A stretch of DNA of 64,000 bases from an uncultured Parachlamydiaceae bacterium (GCA_963752155.1 CAVVXH010000010.1:96001-160000), one strand, 5' to 3'. Positions 1 to 10,314 are shown, numbered from the stretch's first letter. The notes: generated by a model from the sequence alone, not told the origin. Program-made: numbers and translations.

Positions 1-892
1 GGTTTTCTTCAAACCCACGTGGCAAATCTTTTTGACTCATCGGAGTAAAACCACATTTTGAGTAAAATTTGTGTGCCGCATGAAATTTGTCAACAGTGCC
101 TAAGATCAAAAAATCAAGCTTATGTTTTGATGCTGCCTTTAAAAGCGTATTCATCAGTTTTTGAGCGACCCCCTTACTTCTGTAGTCTTTGATTACAAAA
201 AGTTTTTTGATTTCCCCATACTGATTGTTAATTTTTTTCAATCCTATGCTTCCAAGAATTCTTCCTTCATCATTGACGGCATACCAAAAATTATACGAAT
301 TGTTGTAATAAAATTCCTCTTCGGCTTTCAATACACCGGAATTAGTTTCTTTTGTAATTGGAATCAAAAACTCTTTTTCTTGGATATCAGAAATCATACG
401 CACAATTTGCTTTCTGATAGTCCTAGAAGTGGAAAGAGTGACTATTTTTATTTCTTCGCGAATTGCTCTGCTTTTTTCTAATGCCTCACCATACATGGTG
501 ATAGCACCGATGATTTGATGAATTTCTTCATCTGTTAAAAATTCAAAAGCCCCTCTAATTTTTGATTCAGAAAATACGTTGATTTTTCGGATTTCCATCC
601 GTCCTCTATCTGTCAAAAATAAAGATTTCTCTCGCTTATCATTGCCTTCTTTAAAATTCAAGAATCCATTTTTAGCCAAAGATTTTACTAATCGAGAGAT
701 CGTAGAAATAGACATGATCAATAAACGTCCCAATTCAGAAATTGTGATTCCAGGGGATTTAGCCACTTCTATCAAAGCATGCCAATGCCCAGGAGTTTTC
801 TGAGAGTTTTCTGGGTCTAGTTCCAACATTCCTAGCTCTCGAATTAATTTTCTTGCTGTATACCTCAATGCCTCAATTTGCTTTTCTTTCAT
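1..892 (-). CDS. Bifunctional MarR-type HTH regulator / GNAT acetyltransferase (3' end runs off the window)
   Basis: Absent from the ORF track because it is truncated. Manual translation from ATG at 892 gives MKEKQIEALRYTARKLIRELGML...PGITISELGRLLIMSISTISRLVKSLAKNGF...DKREKSLFLTDRG (winged HTH), then EIKKLFVIKDYRSKGVAQKLMNTLL...AAHKFYSKCGF (GNAT motifs A/B). Confidence 0.85.
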   Translation of the reverse strand, partial: MKEKQIEALRYTARKLIRELGMLELDPENSQKTPGHWHALIEVAKSPGITISELGRLLIMSISTISRLVKSLAKNGFLNFKEGNDKREKSLFLTDRGRMEIRKINVFSESKIRGAFEFLTDEEIHQIIGAITMYGEALEKSRAIREEIKIVTLSTSRTIRKQIVRMISDIQEKEFLIPITKETNSGVLKAEEEFYYNNSYNFWYAVNDEGRILGSIGLKKINNQYGEIKKLFVIKDYRSKGVAQKLMNTLLKAASKHKLDFLILGTVDKFHAAHKFYSKCGFTPMSQKDLPRGFEEN

Positions 893-996
893 CCATAAAC
901 TCCTTGCTTTCTACAACTATTTTAACAAATATACTTGCATATTTCAAGCTTATTTGTTAAAATCATGGGGAAAACTAAAACTAAGGATACTTATCT

Positions 997-1155
997 ATGG
1001 AACCTTCCACTAATGTTCTGGCTGTGGCTTTAATTTCTCTTATTGCAGCGATCAGCCCTGGTATCGTAGGGAAGATCGATCAATATCGAATTTATGTCGA
1101 CAGAGTAATGGGAGGAATTTTCATGCTGCTCGGATTCAAGATGCTTTTTATTTGA
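997..1155 (+). pseudogene. LysE/RhtB-family exporter remnant with large internal deletion
   Basis: 52-codon ORF MEPSTNVLAVALISLIAAISPG|IVGKIDQYRIYVDRVMGGIFMLLGFKMLFI. The LysE N-terminal (I)SPG motif is joined directly to the typical C-terminal DRxxGxxxxxxG helix. Confidence 0.65.
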
Positions 1156-1207
1156 TAACCCCGTTTGTCCATTTTTAGGACAATCTAATACCACTAGGAG
1201 ATTAATT

Positions 1208-1990
1208 ATGAGCGATGATAATTCAAAACAGGTACGAGCTCTATATATGGAAGATTCGCGGGACAAATTTATGACCGTGATCACAAAAGTAGGCGCCGGC
1301 GAGATCAATAAGAAGAACTACAAATGGATACAGCTTGATGAAACGATCTTTCATCCTAAAGGCGGTGGACAACCTTCTGATGAAGGTATGATTGGAGGCG
1401 TCAAGGTAGCCTATGTACATAAAGAATTTTTCGATAAAAACCACCTAGATAAATTTGAGATTTATCATTGTTTTGAAACCGACCAACCTTTCAACTTCAA
1501 AGTTGGTGATGAAGTAGAACTGCTGGTAGATGCATCCATAAGATTGCTACACTCGCGTTTACATACCGCTGGCCATGTATTGGCTGAGGCTGTAAACAAG
1601 TGTTTTCCTGAGCTCGAAGGTTATCAAGGCAACCACTACCCAAACAACAGTTATGTGAAATTCAAAATACGTGCCCCGATGCCAGTTGAAAACAAAGAAG
1701 ATATCAAACAAAAAACCGAGGTAGAATTCAATTCCTGGATTGATCAAAACCTAGAGGTTGCTGAATTGTTGGACCCATCGGGCATTCGTATCGTTAAAGT
1801 CTTTAAGAATTGGTCTCCTTGTGGCGGAACCCATGTCAAGAGTTTGAAAGAAATCGGTCGAATGGAGATTTCTGATCTGTCGATAAACAAAAAAGAAGGC
1901 ATAGTCACCATAAAGTATTGCTTATTGGATGAGAGTCATTGTTTTTGGAATTATAGCTCAAACTACGAAAGAGATTCATCTTTTATCTAA
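1208..1990 (+). CDS. alaX: AlaX-type alanyl-tRNA editing protein (Ser/Gly-tRNA(Ala) deacylase)
   Basis: TIFHPKGGGQPSDEG motif, Zn ligands HxxxH (HTAGH) and CxxxH (CGGTH). RBS AGGAG upstream. Confidence 0.85.
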   Translation: MSDDNSKQVRALYMEDSRDKFMTVITKVGAGEINKKNYKWIQLDETIFHPKGGGQPSDEGMIGGVKVAYVHKEFFDKNHLDKFEIYHCFETDQPFNFKVGDEVELLVDASIRLLHSRLHTAGHVLAEAVNKCFPELEGYQGNHYPNNSYVKFKIRAPMPVENKEDIKQKTEVEFNSWIDQNLEVAELLDPSGIRIVKVFKNWSPCGGTHVKSLKEIGRMEISDLSINKKEGIVTIKYCLLDESHCFWNYSSNYERDSSFI

Positions 1991-2060
1991 AAATGAATGC
2001 TGTCATTCTCTGCGCGACGTTTTTCGACCAAAACCTTGCCATTTCTTCCTCCCCCATTTT

Positions 2061-2437
2061 CGGATCCAAAATATGTGACTTCTAATTAAGTATGCACCCC
2101 TGATTATAACATCCAAGAACTTTTTGGAGTGCTGTGGCCCTGCCACAGCGCGTGAAGAAGGTTTAGATGATAAAGCATGCAATAAAAAAAATTTCCCTTT
2201 CGGTTGGCAAGGGTTTTGTTGTTTTACAAATCCGTTCTTGACATACATTTATGGTCTGAATGAAGCTACGAGTAGGAGGCCTGTCATAAAGCGAGACAAC
2301 ATCCTATAATTTTTAATTGCATACTTTATGACTAAACCTTCTTCACGCGCTGTGGCAGAGCCACAGCACTCCAAAAAGTCTTTGTATGTTATAATCAGGG
2401 GTGCATACTTAATTAGAAGTCACATATTTTGGATCCG
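2061..2437. repeat. REPIN/MITE-like element: 106-bp inverted arms (2061-2166, 2332-2437) around a unique spacer
   Basis: Arms are near-perfect reverse complements. Each contains the core TTTTTGGAGTGCTGTGGCyCTGCCACAGCGCG. Confidence 0.85.
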
Positions 2438-2475
2438 GCGCCGCAAGCAACTGTCTCGCTCTGCGTTTATTAACT

Positions 2476-3465
2476 TCAACCTCGAGGGTGGGCATTTTTA
2501 TGAGTTTTTTTCTTCAATTTAGACGAAACGTGCGTATAAATAGTCGTTGTGGCCAGCGTGCTATGTCCAAGTAAAAGCTGAATTGTTTTGAGATCCATTC
2601 CATTTTCAAGCCAGTGGGTAGCAATTGTGTGACGGATCGTATGCGGTGTCGCTTTTCCAGCCAATCCACTTGCTGCAATGTAGTGTTTAAAATTACGGTC
2701 AATCGAGCGGGTTGTCAGGCGAGTGCCCAAACAATTTAAAAAAATTGCCTTAGGATCTTGTTCAGGGAGATGCCCTTCCGTTGGCAGATACCTCTCTTTG
2801 GCATTTAAATAAGAAGTGATCCAGGTAGCAGCATTTTTGGTGATCGGGACGATTCGTTCTTTTTTTCCTTTTCCTTTAAGTTTAATTAAAAGAGCAGCAG
2901 GATCAAAATTTTCACGATCTAAACCTGCTAATTCGCTGACTCGCAATCCAGAGCTATAAAACAACTCTAAAATGGTTCTATCTCTCATCCCAAGGTAGTT
3001 AGAGGTGTCCGGCTGTGAAAAAAGATGTTGTACTTGTTCGTACGTCAGGGAATGTGGTAACATTTTGTCGAATTTTGGCGTTTCGATCTCCTCTGTAGGA
3101 TTTTTTGAAATGAACTTTTGGGCACAGCAGAAGGTAAAGAAAGTTCGCAAAGCACAAAGTCGGCGCGCGATCGTTCGTTTATTTTCCTTTTTATTGAAGA
3201 GAAAAGTGAGAAATTCACGAATCGTCTTTCGATCGATTGAATCCAGGATGATGAGCGAATCCTGAGGGTGCTGACATTCGTTATAAAGTTTTTGATAGTC
3301 AATTTTGCTTGGCAATTCGAGTTTAGGGATTTTGGAAAAATATTCAGATTCTAAAAAAAATTTAAGGCTATTTAAATCGATCGCATAATTGCGGATGGTG
3401 TGTTCAGAGCTATTTTTTACAGCTCTTAAGTAGTATAGAAATTGATAAACCGTGGGTATGAACAT
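2476..3465 (-). CDS. xerC: Tyrosine recombinase XerC
   Basis: Catalytic R (SGLRVSEL), K (GKGKKERIVP), HxxR (HTIRH), LLGH and TTIYTHV. N-terminal SAM-like domain (SEHTIRNYAIDL). Confidence 0.88.
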   Translation of the reverse strand: MFIPTVYQFLYYLRAVKNSSEHTIRNYAIDLNSLKFFLESEYFSKIPKLELPSKIDYQKLYNECQHPQDSLIILDSIDRKTIREFLTFLFNKKENKRTIARRLCALRTFFTFCCAQKFISKNPTEEIETPKFDKMLPHSLTYEQVQHLFSQPDTSNYLGMRDRTILELFYSSGLRVSELAGLDRENFDPAALLIKLKGKGKKERIVPITKNAATWITSYLNAKERYLPTEGHLPEQDPKAIFLNCLGTRLTTRSIDRNFKHYIAASGLAGKATPHTIRHTIATHWLENGMDLKTIQLLLGHSTLATTTIYTHVSSKLKKKTHKNAHPRG

Positions 3466-3600
3466 GAGCGGCTTGGTGTATTCGTGTAGGTATTGCCACT
3501 ATAATTGAAATATGATTTTTCTACTTCCTAAAAAAAAGTGTTTTTTTTCTCCTTTTAACGACACAAATATGTGCTCTTAAGCTACACTTAAGGTTTAGGG

Positions 3601-4854
3601 GTGAGTATGATATTAACATTTTTAGATTTTTTAAAATTTCAGTTCGCGCACAAAGGGGTGTATGTTCTTTCACAGTACTCTGTGAGAATGATTCTTGCTG
3701 CGTTAACATCTTTGCTGTTGGTGATTTTTTTAGGGCCTTGGTTTATTCGAGTTGTCGGAAAGATAAAAAATACCCAACCTGCACGTACTGAAGACTGTCC
3801 GGCACTGAAACAGATGCATCAGGTTAAAAGAGGGACTCCGAAGATGGGAGGAGTATTGATTCTCTTTTCAATGTTAATCGCTATGTTGTTGTGGATGGAT
3901 CTCACTCACATTTTTACGCTCATCTTATTTTTGACGACTTTGGTTTTTGGCCTCTTGGGTGCTTCTGATGACTATCTGAAGCTTAAATATAGCAACAATA
4001 AGGGGATTTCAGCGAAGAAGAAGCTCCTTTGCCAAGCTGTTGTTTCAAGTTTCCTTGCATTTTATCTTTTATCCCCTGTTGCTTCTGAAACAATTTCGGC
4101 AGGGACTTGGTTCCAGGCACCAACGATTAAAGAACAGATTGTGCAAAATGTTGAGAAGGTTGGGGGAAGCAATGAAGTCGACGAACAACTTATACAACAT
4201 CAACAGTTAACCCTAAGAGAATATGCTTCTCGATTCTATGTCCCTTTTTTAAAAGAGCCCCTATTTGTTCTTTCAGGCGTATTTCTATTGCTTGCTCCTC
4301 TGCTCATTATTTTTGTAGTTGCCGGTTCCTCGAATGCAGTGAATTTGACTGATGGCCTCGATGGCCTTGCTACGGGTTGTTTGATTATGGTTTCGAGTTG
4401 TTTAGCGCTTTTTGCTTTTGTTTCTAATCATCTAGACCTCTCGGGGTATTTGAACATCTTGTATGTTGAAGGAAGTGGAGAAATTGCGATCTATCTAAGT
4501 GCCTTAGTGGGTGCATGTATTGGTTTTCTGTGGTATAATGGTCATCCGGCGCAGATTATTATGGGGGATACGGGGTCGCTCGCATTAGGCGGGATTATAG
4601 GCGTTGCAGCAGTCCTTTTAAAACGAGAAGCTCTTCTAGGACTTGTTGGGGGAGTGTTTGTTGTGGAAACTCTTTCAGTCATTGTACAGGTAATGAGTTA
4701 TCGATATCGCAATAAAAAACGTATTTTTCGATGCACCCCATTGCATCATCATTTCGAATGTATTGGATGGCCAGAAAGTAAAGTCGTAATTCGATTTTGG
4801 ATCGTAGGGCTCCTTTTGGCAATAATTGGAATGTCATCATTAAAATTTCAATAA
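3601..4854 (+). CDS. mraY: Phospho-N-acetylmuramoyl-pentapeptide transferase
   Basis: KRGTPKMGG, DDYLK, NAVNLTDGLDGL, MGDTGSLALG and PLHHHFE motifs. Confidence 0.97.
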   Translation: MSMILTFLDFLKFQFAHKGVYVLSQYSVRMILAALTSLLLVIFLGPWFIRVVGKIKNTQPARTEDCPALKQMHQVKRGTPKMGGVLILFSMLIAMLLWMDLTHIFTLILFLTTLVFGLLGASDDYLKLKYSNNKGISAKKKLLCQAVVSSFLAFYLLSPVASETISAGTWFQAPTIKEQIVQNVEKVGGSNEVDEQLIQHQQLTLREYASRFYVPFLKEPLFVLSGVFLLLAPLLIIFVVAGSSNAVNLTDGLDGLATGCLIMVSSCLALFAFVSNHLDLSGYLNILYVEGSGEIAIYLSALVGACIGFLWYNGHPAQIIMGDTGSLALGGIIGVAAVLLKREALLGLVGGVFVVETLSVIVQVMSYRYRNKKRIFRCTPLHHHFECIGWPESKVVIRFWIVGLLLAIIGMSSLKFQ

Positions 4855-4866
4855 ATAAGACGAAGA

Positions 4867-6243
4867 ATGAATTTAGATTTACAAGGACAATCAGTTTTAA
4901 TTATCGGTCTTGGCATTAGTGGAAAGTCTGCGGCGCGTTATTTGTTAACGACAGGATCTCATGTGTGGGCTATTGATGATAAATTTTCAGCAATTAAAGC
5001 CTCTGCAGAAATATCCAAATTACAATCCGATGGATTAAAGTGTATCGAAAACCCAGAGTCCTTTGAAAAGCTTCGACTGCTCGATTTTGATTTAGTTGTT
5101 GTTTCTCCGGGTGTGCCAAAAAATCATCCATTCTATGCTTTAGCCATCCAAAAGAATGTGCCGATCATTGGTGAAATTGAGTTAGCACTGAGACAGTTTG
5201 CTAAAAAAAATTGTAAATGTATTGGTGTGACCGGAACAAATGGAAAGACAACAGTCAATTTTATGTTGGAGCACATTTTTAATGAAAATGGGATTTCGGC
5301 AAAAGCTGTGGGAAATTCAGGCATTCCTTTGACATCACTGCTACTCGATTCATCTGTACCTATGCCGGAGATTTTAGCTATTGAACTGAGTTCATTTCAG
5401 CTAGAAACATTGCAGACTCCTATTTTAGATGCAGCTGTTTTGTTGAACATTACTCCGGATCACTTAGATCGCTATGCTTCTATGGTGGAGTATGCCGAAG
5501 CTAAAGCCCATATTTTTGCTTGTGTCAAATCAGATCGAATCTCTTATGTTGATGAAAATTGCTATTTAGCTTTTAAAACTATTCTGGAAAAGTATTCATT
5601 AAAGACTTATGGTTATAGACCTTCCTGCAATCTTTATTCGAATTTTGATCAAATACTTTGGAATGGCAGTATTGAATGCGCACTGCCCTTAGAGTATCAG
5701 GGGAAGGTGAGCCATGATCTTGAAAATATGTTGGCCGTATATGGCATAGGAAGAGAATTCGGTCTAGCTACTGAAAATATCATGCGAGCTTTGTTATCTT
5801 TTAAAAAGCCTCCTCATCGCTTAGAATTTGTGAAAGAAATTGAGGGAGTTACCTATATCAATGATAGCAAAGCTACAAATATTGATGCCGTGATTCGTGC
5901 TGTAGAGTCAATTCAGACTTCGATCATCCTGATTGCAGGGGGTGTTGACAAGGGGAGTCCTTATACTCCTTGGTTGGAGCCATTTGCTGGTCGCGTGAAG
6001 GCCATCTGTACAATTGGGCAGGCAGCAGAAAAAATAAAGAATGAATTGCACCATCATTTTCCAATCTATCCCTTTAAAACTTTTGATGAAGCTATCATTT
6101 TTGCTGCCGGATTGGCTCAGCCTACGGAAACCGTGCTTCTTTCTCCGGGGTGTGCAAGCTTTGATATGTTCTCAAGCTATGCCCATCGAGGGGAAACGTT
6201 TAAAACTATTATAAACAATTTAGCCTTAGGGGGGAATCCATGA
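4867..6243 (+). CDS. murD: UDP-N-acetylmuramoyl-L-alanine--D-glutamate ligase
   Basis: GLGISG, SPG, GTNGKTT, ELSSFQL, DHLDRY, NDSKATN and LLSPGCASFD motifs. Confidence 0.97.
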   Translation: MNLDLQGQSVLIIGLGISGKSAARYLLTTGSHVWAIDDKFSAIKASAEISKLQSDGLKCIENPESFEKLRLLDFDLVVVSPGVPKNHPFYALAIQKNVPIIGEIELALRQFAKKNCKCIGVTGTNGKTTVNFMLEHIFNENGISAKAVGNSGIPLTSLLLDSSVPMPEILAIELSSFQLETLQTPILDAAVLLNITPDHLDRYASMVEYAEAKAHIFACVKSDRISYVDENCYLAFKTILEKYSLKTYGYRPSCNLYSNFDQILWNGSIECALPLEYQGKVSHDLENMLAVYGIGREFGLATENIMRALLSFKKPPHRLEFVKEIEGVTYINDSKATNIDAVIRAVESIQTSIILIAGGVDKGSPYTPWLEPFAGRVKAICTIGQAAEKIKNELHHHFPIYPFKTFDEAIIFAAGLAQPTETVLLSPGCASFDMFSSYAHRGETFKTIINNLALGGNP

Positions 6244-6980
6244 CCCGTCGAGATACCATCATTGTTGCTGTACTTCTAAACGCTACCGTCATCGCCATAT
6301 TGTTAATGATGGCTATTACTACAGATGATGAAATCTTGCAGGTTCCTCCAGAACGCACTTTTGAATTGGCTAAAGAAGCTTTGCCCAATACAGAAGATAG
6401 GCCTTTTGAAACGATGGTCAAGAAATCAGAAGGTCCCATTGTGATTGATTTGGAAGCGATTGGATTTGACAATATGTTGAGTGATGATTTTAATTCCTCA
6501 TCGGATGATCTTTTTCTCCTCGATGATGATTTGAACGGTCTTTCTCTTGAAAAACCTCTTGCACAAACATCACAAAGTTTACCTAAACCAGCTCGAGAGT
6601 CAAATGAAACCATCGTTGAAATAGTTGTCAAGAAAGGGGATAGTCTGGACAAGATTGCACGGGCAAATAATACCACAATTGAAGAGATTAAACGCGCCAC
6701 TCAACTCAAAAGTGAAAAGTTATCGATTGGTCAGTTGTTAAAAGTTCCTGTGGGTAGCAAAAAATCTACCTTCGTGCAGGTTGCGAACAATGATCTTGGA
6801 GCATCGACGAAGGCGGCTGTTCCAACTGAAGCAGTATATTACGTTGTAAAAAGCGGGGATAACCCCTGGAAAATTGCTAAGCAACAGCAAGTGGACATGG
6901 ATGATCTTTTGCGCCTTAATCATCTCAACGAAGAGAAAGCTAGAAATTTGAAGCCTGGCGATAAGATTCGTATTCGATAA
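6240..6980 (+). CDS. nlpD: Membrane-anchored double LysM peptidoglycan-binding protein (chlamydial NlpD-like)
   Basis: N-terminal TM segment and two LysM repeats (VVKKGDSLDKIA..., VVKSGDNPWKIA...). Follows murD as in Chlamydia. Confidence 0.8.
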   Translation: MTRRDTIIVAVLLNATVIAILLMMAITTDDEILQVPPERTFELAKEALPNTEDRPFETMVKKSEGPIVIDLEAIGFDNMLSDDFNSSSDDLFLLDDDLNGLSLEKPLAQTSQSLPKPARESNETIVEIVVKKGDSLDKIARANNTTIEEIKRATQLKSEKLSIGQLLKVPVGSKKSTFVQVANNDLGASTKAAVPTEAVYYVVKSGDNPWKIAKQQQVDMDDLLRLNHLNEEKARNLKPGDKIRIR

Positions 6981-7049
6981 GTCATTATCTAGACTAAGGG
7001 GCTGTGCAACAATAACTTGCCAATCATACAAGTTATTATTGCTCAATCC

Positions 7050-7559
7050 CTAACCTTTCAGCTTTTCAGCAATAGCCCCCTGTAAAGCAGCTAAGTCTAA
7101 ATTCAAAAGAGATACTTTTCTCACAGGTAGCATCTCTTCTGTTTCATTCACTTCAAATAAACTGTACTGATCTCCTAAAGGATCTGTAAAGTCTTTCCTG
7201 AACACTAAAATACGCTTACGGACTAAATAAAGAGCTAGTAAAAGCGCTTGGTTACAATTGTCAGGTATTGGATTTTGAAGAAGGGTCTTTAGATATTCTA
7301 GCGCCCTCAGTCCCTTGGTCTGAGGCATCGAAATCGATCCTCTGCGGACAGGGAGGACCCCTTTCCAGTAACATGTATAAGATTTAGATTGAATTTCTTT
7401 TGTATCATCATGCCAACAAACATTGCAATAATCAAATCTTTCGGTTTTTAAGAGCGCCGAATAATAAATGCTGCCCGGAGAAAGAAGCGCTTGGCATTCA
7501 ATACAGTGATTGCAATGGCGAGGGATTTCAGGTTGAAGGAGCATACTAACTCTTACCAT
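7050..7559 (-). CDS. Hypothetical protein with two CxxC pairs, translationally coupled to pgi
   Basis: 169-aa ORF with CIEC and CNVC. Start overlaps the pgi stop. Confidence 0.7.
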   Translation of the reverse strand: MVRVSMLLQPEIPRHCNHCIECQALLSPGSIYYSALLKTERFDYCNVCWHDDTKEIQSKSYTCYWKGVLPVRRGSISMPQTKGLRALEYLKTLLQNPIPDNCNQALLLALYLVRKRILVFRKDFTDPLGDQYSLFEVNETEEMLPVRKVSLLNLDLAALQGAIAEKLKG

Positions 7560-9162
7560 TATTTACATATCGAATAAAAACATCTCCTAGAGGGTATTCA
7601 GAGCCTCGTCCTCCAAAACGATCGATAATTTTCTTAGCGAGAACTTTGCCCAATTGTACTCCTTCTTGATCAAATGAATTTGTGTGCCAGATAAATCCCT
7701 GAAAAGCTACTTTATTTTCATAAAACGAAAGTAAAGCTCCTAAAGCAAAAGGAGTTAGTTTTTGTCCCAGAAGGAGGTAACTAGGTCGATTTCCTTGAAA
7801 GTTCTTATTGGGGTTATCATTTTTTTGACCGGTTGCTAAAGCAATCATTTGAGCAAACACATTAGCTAACAGCTTTTGTTGTGAAGTTGTACCATTGACA
7901 ACTTGATGATTTGGGAGTTGTGGTTCTTTATAAGAGATGAATTCTAAGGGAATCGGAGTCGTTCCTTGGTGAATCAGCTGATAAAAAGAGTGCTGAGCAC
8001 TTGTGCCGGGCTCCCCAAAGATGATTGGGCCTGTATCAAAAGTGACAAATCGTCCCATTTTATCGACATGCTTGCCGTTTGATTCCATGTCGAGCTGTTG
8101 GATATGTGCAGGGAATCTAGCAAGGGCTTGTGAGTAAGGGATAATGGCAACCATAGGATGATTGAGGAAATTGCGGTTCCAAATTCCAAGTAAGGCAGCA
8201 AGCAAAGGAAGATTGGTGTCTAATGACTTCGTTAAAGCAATCTTGTCCATAGCATTGGCTCCTCGCAATAGCTCCCAAAAGCTATCAAAGCCAAAAGCAA
8301 AAGCCAGTAGGACTCCGCCAACCATGCTAGTTGTCGAGTAGCGTCCTCCAATCCAATCCCACATGTAAAAAACTTCTCGATAATTATTTTTGTCATCAAG
8401 AGGGCTGCCTGGGCAAGTCACTGAAATAAAATGTCCTTTGCCATTGAGACCCACTGCTTCAAAACGTGAGCGTATAATTTCTTCATTCGTAACTGTTTCT
8501 AGAGTCGTTCCTGTTTTAGAGATGACTAGAATTAACGTCTTGGAAAGATCGCATTTTCTAATCACCAGCTCCAAAGCGTCAGGATCAATATTACTTAGAA
8601 AAGAGGCGGATCGACCGGGTTTTAAATAGGCCTGCAAAGCTTCATAATGAGCTTTGGGTCCCAATTCTGAACCTCCTATTCCAACGACAACGATATGTGC
8701 CCATCGATTTTCCTCATCGATTTTTTTGACAAAGGCCTTGAGTTTATCGATTTCTTGGGCGGCAAGCTTTGTAGCTTCTTTTGCAGATGAAGTCTCGATT
8801 GGATTTTCAAAAAAGTCTCGCGCAGCAGTGTGTAGGGCAGCTCTCTGTTCGCTAGGGTATCCTTCAATGAAGTTGACAACTTCTCCCGATTGCATTTGTT
8901 CCATTTGCTCAAAGGCGTGCGATTCAAGAGCTAATTCATAAAGAGCGTCGATGCAATTTTTGTCTATACGTTCGGTGGAGTAAAATAACGTATACCCGCA
9001 GGCATGAGCGGTGAATTGTTCGATTCTCTTAGCTGTCAGGTTATTTTCAGCTGATAAATCGTATGGAGTTTTAGCTAAGATCTTCAATTTTTGAACGGCT
9101 TTCATCTCAGAAAATGAAGCGGCAATATACTTAGAACCCATTTTGGGGTTGTTTGATGCCAT
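7546..9162 (-). CDS. pgi: Glucose-6-phosphate isomerase
   Basis: GIGGSELG, SKTGTTLET, WDWIGGRYS, QQLDMESNGK, QHSFYQLIHQG and FDQEGVQLGK motifs. Confidence 0.97.
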   Translation of the reverse strand: MASNNPKMGSKYIAASFSEMKAVQKLKILAKTPYDLSAENNLTAKRIEQFTAHACGYTLFYSTERIDKNCIDALYELALESHAFEQMEQMQSGEVVNFIEGYPSEQRAALHTAARDFFENPIETSSAKEATKLAAQEIDKLKAFVKKIDEENRWAHIVVVGIGGSELGPKAHYEALQAYLKPGRSASFLSNIDPDALELVIRKCDLSKTLILVISKTGTTLETVTNEEIIRSRFEAVGLNGKGHFISVTCPGSPLDDKNNYREVFYMWDWIGGRYSTTSMVGGVLLAFAFGFDSFWELLRGANAMDKIALTKSLDTNLPLLAALLGIWNRNFLNHPMVAIIPYSQALARFPAHIQQLDMESNGKHVDKMGRFVTFDTGPIIFGEPGTSAQHSFYQLIHQGTTPIPLEFISYKEPQLPNHQVVNGTTSQQKLLANVFAQMIALATGQKNDNPNKNFQGNRPSYLLLGQKLTPFALGALLSFYENKVAFQGFIWHTNSFDQEGVQLGKVLAKKIIDRFGGRGSEYPLGDVFIRYVNNGKS

Positions 9163-10258
9163 GGCGACTCCTTAGTTGAGAATAATAGATAAGCCCAAAT
9201 CCCAATACAATAAAAGGGATGCTTAAAATTTGGCCGGCTTGCAAATAACTTTCATCGAGGACTGTGCTTTGAGGAGCTTTAAGATATTCGAGGAAAAAGC
9301 GGGAGCCATAAATACAGATAAAGAGTACTCCAAGAATAAAACCATGGGGCCAAGATGTTTTGCGAAATTTCCATAGGCTTATTAACAAAATGAAGGTTAA
9401 GAGATAGGCAAAAGCTTCATAGAGTTGTACGGGATGGCGCGGAATCATTGTAACATAGTCCATGGGATGCCCAAAAATGACTCCCCAAGGCAGTGTCGTA
9501 GGTGTGCCCAAGATTTCTTGATTAACAAAGTTGCCGATGCGAATAAAGACAACTCCAAAAGCTGTAGGAATAGCAACTAAATCTGCCAATGCAAGAAAGG
9601 TGATTTCTGGAAATTTTTTTCGTAAATAATGGCTATAAAAGAATAGAGCCAATAGTATTCCCACGGTTCCTCCATGACTTGCAAGGCCTCCTTCCCAAAT
9701 TTTGGGAATATCCAATAAGTGGTTTTGATAGTGATCCCATTGGTAAAAAAACACATGCCCTAATCGGGCTCCAACGATAGCTCCAATGATCACCCACCAC
9801 AAAAGTCCATCCACGTATTTAAAACAGAGTTCCTTCATAGGTACAATACAGCCTGGTAGGATTGTTTCAAGTTGTTGTCGTTTGAATTTTGATAAGACTT
9901 CCAATATCCTCGTTTTGGCGAACGGAGTGAGTTCTCGATTGGTTTGTATAAGATGACGTGTTTGTTTGTCAAATTTTTCGTAAAATGGAGAATTTGAATC
10001 GGTTATCGTGGCGGCAAGTAGGTGTTGAATTTTTAGCCAGCTGGCGATGTCTCTATCAAGGATGTTTGGTGATCTTAGAAGCTTTTCTCTAAGGAGTGGT
10101 AATAGGATGAAGAATCCAGCAAGAACGCCTCCCATGAAAAGGAGACCATACCATTTAAGAGGATGGTTAAAATAGGGGAGTACAAAGATGTCTGGATTAG
10201 GATCCCAATAGAAATAGGCCAATAAAGCTGATTGGATATGGGAGAAAAATGTTATCAT
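9131..10258 (-). CDS. lgt: Prolipoprotein diacylglyceryl transferase
   Basis: WYG, GARLGHV, IWEGGLASHGG, RIGNFVNQE, HPVQLYE and RFFLEY motifs. Confidence 0.95.
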   Translation of the reverse strand: MITFFSHIQSALLAYFYWDPNPDIFVLPYFNHPLKWYGLLFMGGVLAGFFILLPLLREKLLRSPNILDRDIASWLKIQHLLAATITDSNSPFYEKFDKQTRHLIQTNRELTPFAKTRILEVLSKFKRQQLETILPGCIVPMKELCFKYVDGLLWWVIIGAIVGARLGHVFFYQWDHYQNHLLDIPKIWEGGLASHGGTVGILLALFFYSHYLRKKFPEITFLALADLVAIPTAFGVVFIRIGNFVNQEILGTPTTLPWGVIFGHPMDYVTMIPRHPVQLYEAFAYLLTFILLISLWKFRKTSWPHGFILGVLFICIYGSRFFLEYLKAPQSTVLDESYLQAGQILSIPFIVLGFGLIYYSQLRSRHGIKQPQNGF

Positions 10259-10278
10259 AAAAATCCTTCCAAAAAAAA

Positions 10279-10309
10279 ACTTCTACCTTCACGTCTAAAG
10301 GTAGAAGCT
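10279..10309 (-). terminator. Hairpin downstream of tRNA-Pro (probable intrinsic terminator)
   Basis: CTTCTACCTT...AAGGTAGAAG stem adjacent to an A9 run, which is a U-tract on the minus strand. Confidence 0.6.
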
Positions 10310-10314
10310 TTATG

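Noticed and set aside
161..803. Plus-strand ORFs 161-481 and 579-803
   Set aside because: They are antisense to the truncated MarR-GNAT gene on the minus strand.
2003..2522. Two small ORFs with near-identical peptides (KPSSRAVA...IIRGAYLIRSHIFWIR)
   Set aside because: They are translations of the two arms of the inverted repeat, with no evidence of being genes.
2476..3465. Phage or island integrase
   Set aside because: Sequence and context (divergent from mraY) fit housekeeping XerC. No att sites or phage genes were seen.
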